From NCBI GenBank assembly GCA_964035575.1, contig OZ037838.1:558001-622000 (forward strand): DNA of 64,000 nucleotides, in the 5' to 3' direction. The notes below the pieces were generated by a model. That model saw nothing but the letters and a program-made list of their open reading frames with translations, made no database searches and was not told where the DNA came from. Source of the stretch: Rhynchopus sp. YZ270_cl-10. Lineage: Eukaryota. The position numbers were made by a program, and so were the translations under genes. Below are positions 57,084-64,000 of this stretch, in pieces; position 1 is the first letter of the stretch; every line of letters starts with the position of its first letter.

Positions 57084-58337
57084 TCAAAGCAATCGCCGTT
57101 TTTCATGTGAAGAAGAAGGTCTGTGAAGCACCCTGTATGTTCCCACTGCGAGAGCGATCATGACAATGATACTGACGGTGATGAGGATGACCAGAAGCGT
57201 CGTGCTCATGTGTAGGGAGGCGTCGTTCGCTGGCGACGTCCAAGAAAAGGCGCATGGTGGGGTAGCTGTGATGAGCATCGCGCTGTCTCTGAGGCACGGT
57301 GTCGTGAACGCTGTTGTGTTGCGCACGTCAACCATAAACGTTGTTGTGTTCCCCGCAAGGACCTGCACCTCCCCTGCATCGATCGTAAAGGTGGCAAGCC
57401 CGCCACGGCACTGCAGCACCCCAGCAAAAGGGATGTCGCCCTCCTCAAGAAGCACGCTGCCAGATTTCTCGATATCCGTGCGTATCGCGCTGACCGCCGC
57501 AGCGCCGGTCACCACCTTTTCCTTCGAGAGCGAGAGCGGCCCGTACGGTTGCTCCCCAGGGTTAGGCTTGAGTGCGGAGTACACCTGCATGGAGTAGTCG
57601 AAAGAGACCGTGTCGGCCCCCTCATCAAACCTCGTCATCACAAAGCTAAATCCACTGCTCCGAGACCAAAGCACCTCGCACGCAAGCGAGACCGTCTCGT
57701 TGGGTGCAAGGTCAACCCAGCGCCACCACACAGCCGCGGTCGCGTCGCTTTCCGTCAACGTTGCGTTGAAGCCCACTGCAGGCCCGTCGTCGTCACCACG
57801 TGTCAGAAGGAAGCTGTGGAACTGTGCCGTATTCGTCACCAATGGGTCCACCTCGGAGAGCTGCATCGGCACCTCAAGAGGCAGGCGGATTGGGATGACA
57901 CTGAGGGGGAGGTGGAGGTGGAGGTGGGGTAGGGGGTAGTGTTGGTTTAAGACACCCAAAAGGTTAGTACAGTTTAGTACAGTACAGTACAGTGCAGGGG
58001 GCGCGTGTACAGGAAACATGGCAAAGGCGGGTTTTGATCCTTTTCCACAATCTTGAAGGACGAGGCGCTGCTGTACACCGCCCAAAAACACCGCCAAAAT
58101 CAGTGTCAAAAATCATGTACAATACTGGCATGCTTCAATGCTAATTTGAGAAGCGCCAAAAAGATAAATATTGTGTCTTAAGAACGAGGTTGGGAGTTCC
58201 CCTTAAGGTCGTAGGCAGTGGGGATGGATGAAGACATACGCTATACTGGCCATGTCCACATGGGCAACAACGACTTCGGAAAGCACGACAGTCTCAGCAA
58301 CGACCTGCGCCGCAAGCAAGCACAATAACGCCGCCAT
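57084..58337 (-). CDS. Type I membrane glycoprotein of unknown function (2 exons: 58337-58240 and 57900-57084; 304 aa)
   Basis: Signal peptide MAALLCLLAAQVVA; intron GTATGT...TACTAAC...CAG keeps the frame; several N-x-S/T sites; C-terminal TM helix; tail EKRRLL. Confidence 0.75.
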
Positions 58338-58906
58338 CAACAGCGCCCCGTGTTGGTTTGTGTATTATCGTAAAACCTCTGCAGGTGTGTTGGTGTTTGA
58401 TATGAGGGGTGGGTCCAAACATTTAAAAAGGGTTGGGGGGAAAGGGAAGAACGGAACAGAAGGGAAAGTCATCAGGGTAAAACATACACATAACCACTAT
58501 CTACAAAACAAAAAAAAAAGGGGGGCCAGGTCTTTTGTGCACTCAAAGCAAAGGAAGAAGAAAAGATAGAAAACTTTTATAAGATGGCTAAATAAGCCTC
58601 CCGCAATGAGTCGCCTCATCATGAGAACCGAATATTGTGCAGCATCCACTGAACGACTTTGCAGAAGAAGAGTTAAACAAAGAAACACGACGAAGTAATA
58701 AAAGCCCCGTATAGTTAAGCTTAGTTGGTACGCTGCCCACATCAACATGAAGCACAGAAATGAGGTGAGTGCATAATAAAGGGGCGGATAATTGTTTCAT
58801 ATACTAACTATTCTACTGAATCCCGAAATAAAAGGGGCAATTAAACAAAAAGGTCGCAGACGTTTGAATTCATTTCCCACCACAAAATATTTTCCCTACC
58901 TACCCT

Positions 58907-59156
58907 CCCCCGTGTATATGTCCGGACCCATTTTGATGTGTATATGCCCGGCACTTTCTGAATAATTTCCGGACAATAACACATATGAGCGGAGATCCCC
59001 CGCCAACGTACCGGACGGAAAGCTCGGAATGGGTTTTTGCCGCTGTACACTGTAGTATACTACCTGATGTCCGGCATGTGCATATGTCCGAAAACACGTG
59101 TATATGTCCGAGTCTCGACCAACACGGACATTATGCACAGGACATATACACGGGGG
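58907..59156. mobile_element. Small MITE-like element
   Basis: cccccgtgtatatgtcc / ggacatatacacggggg inverted ends with internal copies of the motif. Confidence 0.6.
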
Positions 59157-59730
59157 AAGATAGGTAGAAAAAAGAAGAAAAAAGGAGGGACAGATTAGGT
59201 AAGACCACCCTACACCTCTGTTCTCTATGCTTAGCCACCTCGAAAAGGTTGACTTGTAATGCAAAGTAGAGTTGAAATACAAAGCCCTCTCGTTACTGTG
59301 TACCTTTGGTACAATGACCGGCTGTACCGGGGGTGGACACCCATGCAGTCCTACATCCATTTCGTGGTTTACATCTGAAAAGCCCTCTCGTTACAATATA
59401 CCTTGGTACATGACCGACAAAATAAAAAGGACATCCCTGTGGTCCACGGTATATCCCGTACAGGCTAGGAATGTACAGGCCGAGATTCTCAAAGATATTG
59501 CCGCAAAAGCAGGAAGGTAAAGTCCTCCTCCTACCCCTTTAGCCCTACTCAGGCTGTCCGCTAGTGTTCTGTTGTCTGAATTGTGGGAATATGCAATTAC
59601 CACGTTGTGCAATCCCCAGCTGTTTATGTCCGAACATGGCGACAACTTTCTGCTCGCTCTTTTGTACTGTCTGCGTCGTTTTCTTGAAAAAACGGACGCT
59701 TTTTCAACCGCTTTCCAAGACCTTTCGAAA

Positions 59731-60003
59731 CTAGCTCACTTTACGTCGCTTTGCCTCTGGTTGAGCGTCGGGTCGTTCCCTGGTGTGTTCGGGTTCTTTG
59801 GTATCAGATAGGGCGTCACGTCGGATTTCGATAACTAGTGTGTCGCGGAGAACACGAACGTTGCGCGAGCCTGCACGGAGCTCATCCTTGAGATGCACAA
59901 CACGTGTCGTGTCGTCGCGCTTGAACGCTTCACTCAGATGGACCATCAGCACGAAGTTTCGGTTCAGCTGGCTCCGCAGCTGTGCCTCAATAGTCGTCGA
60001 CAT
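59731..60003 (-). CDS. Hypothetical small helical protein or last exon (90 aa, basic C-terminus KRRK)
   Basis: MSTTIEAQLRSQLNRNF...PEAKRRKVS; protein-like composition, preceded by ttgcag. Confidence 0.35.
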   Translation of the reverse strand: MSTTIEAQLRSQLNRNFVLMVHLSEAFKRDDTTRVVHLKDELRAGSRNVRVLRDTLVIEIRRDALSDTKEPEHTRERPDAQPEAKRRKVS

Positions 60004-61149
60004 TCCCGCCCCCCTTTCTGCAAAGCGGGGATGGGGCAGGGGGTAAGTGGCAAGGGGGTGGGGAGAAAAGGGTGCAAGGTGGTTACGATTGCCAAGACCA
60101 GGGTTTCCAATCATAACTGCTTTGCGAATAACAAAAGCGTTGCATGTCGTACCAGACACCCAGGCACATTCAACCCCCCCACCAGCACACATGCCACAGC
60201 AACACCTGTGATGTCGACGATGCCTTGCGCGACAAACCAGCAAGAAGAAGAAGAAGAAGACGAGACGCTGTCACTCCCATCAGCGACGCAGTGAGACACG
60301 TGGCGGAGGCCGGGCTCTGCTCTCGTTGTGCTGGGTGCGACCCCCATGAGTCCGCACCACAGGGCAAAGTCGCAAAGCAAAGCGGGGGGGTCTTTACAAA
60401 ACAAAACATCACTTTTTATTTTTCCTTCCTTCAAAACTACACACACAACGCTTTTTTGGTTTTTGGGAGACACACAAGGTGCCAGGTTCTATGATAAGCA
60501 CGGAACCACCCTGCACCTGTTTGTCATATTGTTTCCCGTGCAATACATGGAGAAACGTTTCGCACTCGAAACAAGGGAAACCATGACAACACAGGTGCAG
60601 GGGTTTTTTAAAGTTTGCTGCATTTGCATATTTTTCTGCTTTATGACAAAGAACAAGAGATACGTAAGAGCAGACACGCCGCTAGGCTGTGTACTGACAG
60701 AGCAAATAGAAACATGTATACATGTTCCAGAGAGGGAACCGAGAAGCGTCACAAGAAAGCGCTACGACGAGCGTAGCAGAAAAAATCGTAAGAAAGTCAC
60801 AAGAGATGTTAGCAAGCATCCAGCACTCAATCCACTAAAGGAATACAAGAGCACTATGTAAGAGAAAAAACAACACTAACATTCATGGAGCCAAGGGAGC
60901 GAAGGGTGCACACGGCACCGAGAAAGAAACACGAAGGATACCCGAGTATCCCGCACTCTGTCCTACGAGAGACCACCAGCTCTCTTCCCCGGACAGGCGA
61001 GCCCACAAGTGCTCTGTCCCATCCACGAGATCAACCAGGATCTTAACTTAAATACAGGTACAGACTCATATGACTTTCATGCAGCGAAAAAGAATGGCAA
61101 ACCAGAGTGCAAACAGCACCGGGAGAGAGCATCAAAAAACATCCGAGAA

Positions 61150-63330
61150 GCTAATACTCAAGTCAAGCAAGAGATCCCGAGAACTCATCACTAGGCTCCA
61201 ACAAGAACTTAATCTCTAACCTAGCTCAACCAAGAACTCTACCCAAGCAAGACCAATCCATACGAGAGATCACAAGAACTCATCACTAGGCTCCAACAAG
61301 AAACTTAATCTCTACCCTAGCTCAACCAAGAACTTCACTCAAGCAGGACCCCCATACGAGACGTCACAAGAACTCGTCACCTGGCTCAACCAAGAACTTA
61401 ATCTCTCACCAGGCTCATCCAAGAACTGTACTCACGCAGGGTTACCAAGTATAAAACTCATCAATGTATGTGATGCAGAAGAAACAAAACAGAGTGCAAA
61501 AGGCACAGAAAAACGAAAAACCATCGAGCAAAATACTCAAGTCAAGCAAGAGATCCCGAGAACTCATCACTAGGCTCCAACAAGAACTTAATCTCTAACC
61601 TAGCTCAACCAAGAACTCTACCCAAGCAAGACCAATCCATACGAGAGATCACAAGAACTCATCACTAGGCTCCAACAAGAAACTTAATCTCTAACCTAGC
61701 TCAACCAAGAACTTCACTCAAGCAGGACCCCCATACGAGACGTCACAAGAACTCGTCACCTGGCTCAACCAAGAACTAAATCTCTCACCAGGCTCATCCA
61801 AGAACTGTACTCACGCAGGGTTACCAAGTATAAAACTCATCAATGTATGTGATGCAGAAGAAACAAAACAGAGTGCAAATGGCACAGAAAAAGCCACGAG
61901 AAACCATCGAGCAAAATACTCAAGTCAAGCAAGAGATCCCGAGAACTCATCACTAGGCTCCAACAAGAACTTAATCTCTAACCTAGCTCAACCAAGAACT
62001 CTACCCAAGCAAGACCAATCCATACGAGAGATCACAAGAACTCATCACTAGGCTCCAACAAGAAACTTAATCTCTACCCTAGCTCAACCAAGAACTTCAC
62101 TCAAGCAGGACCCCCATACGAGACGTCACAAGAACTCGTCACCTGGCTCAACCAAGAACTTAATCTCTCACCAGGCTCATCCAAGAACTGTACTCACGCA
62201 GGGTTACCAAGTATAAAACTCATCAGTGTTCGCGGCGCAAAAGAAACAAACAAAGTGCAAACAGCACATAGAGAAAACGTAAAACATGACACATATCCGA
62301 ACATCAAATACTCGATCCACACAAGAGATCCCAAGAACTCATCACCCATGAGAGACTAGCCCCCTCGGCACTCAGTCTCACACTAGGGCTCAACCAAGGA
62401 CTTTTCTCCAGCAGGACCACCAAGTGTACACTCATCCGCATTCATGTAACAGGAAAGGAAGACAGAGCAAACAGACACAAAAAACATCCGAGCATAAATA
62501 CAACGGTAATTCATGAGACCACAGAGCTCTACCCCTGGAGAGACAAGCCCAACTGGCGCACATCTCCTATCACCCGGGATCAACAAGCCTACAAGTGTCA
62601 TCGAAACCTCTAACCCTGGAAAGACGAGCCCATACGGCACTCAGTCTCTTTATCACCCGGGATCAACAAGATCTCTACGCAAGCAGAACCAACCCATGCG
62701 AGAAGCCACAAGAACTCTAACCCTGGAGTCACCCGGGATCATCAAGAACTCTGCTCAAGCAGGGTTACTCAGCATTAGCTCATCCGCTTTTGTGCCACAG
62801 GAAGAAACAAAACAGTGTACAAGTAACATAACAGAACACAAACACCACAGAGAGAGCGAAAAATCCCCCGAGCAAGAACTCTAACCCATGAAAGACGAGC
62901 CCATCCGGCCCTCAGTCTTATCACCCGGGATCATCAAGAACTCTGCTCAGGCAGGGCCATATAAACTCATCAGTGTTCTTGTAACAGGACAGAAAAAACA
63001 GTGCAAGCAGACACGAAAAACATCCGAGCATAGATACAACAGTAATGCATGAGACCACAGAGCTCTACCCCTGGAGAGACAAGCCCAACTGGCGCTCATC
63101 TCTTATCACCCGGGATCAACAAGCCTACAAGTGTCATCGAAACCTCTAACCCTGGAAAGACGAGCCCATACGGCACTCAGTCTCTTTATCACCGGGGATC
63201 AACAAGATCTCTACGCAAGCAGAACCAACCCATGCGAGAAGCCACAAGAACTCTAACCCTGGAGTTACCCGGGATCATCAAGAACTCTGCTCAAGCAGGG
63301 TTACCCAGTATTAGCTCATCCGTATTCATG
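61150..63330. repeat. Hierarchical tandem repeat: 3 x ~380 bp units (from ~61153, 61532, 61914), then diverged units with a ~536 bp period
   Basis: Recurrent caagaactc.tcac.(t)aggctc.a.caagaact subunits. Confidence 0.9.
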
Positions 63331-64000
63331 TAACAGAGCAAGCTGATCAAGCAGGTTAGCCAATGAGGCACTATTTTTAGAAGAAGAAAACAGGGAGCGG
63401 GGGGAGGGAAAGCTTTTTGATAAAAATTAGCGAAATACAAAAACCAGCGCGTGTGGAAGAAAAAAGGAGAGGAAAATATTTTTTCTGATTCAAAGTGGTG
63501 TTTACGTTTTGGGTACGGGGCGGAGAATAAAATCTGTTCGATAAAAGAAACGCGAGCTTATTGTTTTATCTTGTTCATTTTATTTTTCCTTCCTTCAAAA
63601 CTACACACACAACGCTTTTTTGGTTTTTGGGAGACACACAAGGTGCCAGGTTCTATGATAAGCACGGAACCACCCTGCACCTGTTTGTCATATTGTTTCC
63701 CGTGCAATACATGGAGAAACGTTTCGCACTCGAAACAAGGGAATAGAAACAACTCCCCCCCTCCCCTTTTCAACCCATCCCTGCCGCACAAGGGACCACA
63801 GCGTTGCCGCAGTAGGGAAGGGGTGGACGAGCCGCCGATAACATTAAAGAGAAAAAACAGTTTTCTTTCCTTACGTCAAAAACTCTCTCTTTTTTAATTG
63901 ATTTGGTTTTGGTTGAGACACATCAATGGTGTAGGTTCTGCGGAATCACTGAACCACCCATATCCTGTATCACATCGTTGATTGTTCTTTCCCTGCGTTG

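Noticed and set aside
60185..60215. Similarity to propeller motif (ITGVAVACV vs NTGEAVACV)
   Set aside because: Only ~25 bp; too short to call a family relic

Overview
Repeat-rich eukaryotic DNA. Evidence: a GT-AG spliceosomal intron with a TACTAAC branch point, an Ingi/I-like non-LTR retrotransposon and many non-autonomous DNA transposons. A euglenozoan/diplonemid-like protist is my low-confidence guess. The dominant feature is a ~42.6 kb array (10348-52931) of 18 co-oriented, intronless minus-strand genes (15 intact, 3 disrupted, plus fragments). Each encodes a nearly invariant N-terminal ubiquitin-like (UBL) domain fused to a 7-bladed WD40-like beta-propeller. The propeller framework is conserved even at the DNA level, while the D-A and B-C loops of the blades (the top face) are hypervariable in sequence and length. 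At least one copy is a clear chimera of two others, and a strong G-quadruplex motif sits just 3' of many copies. This looks like a recombination-diversified repertoire of intracellular receptors or adaptors (inference). The rest of the window holds an ankyrin gene, a type I membrane protein gene, nested MITE/piggyBac-like insertions with empty paralogous sites, long perfect micro/minisatellites, a 1-kb palindrome and a hierarchical satellite.
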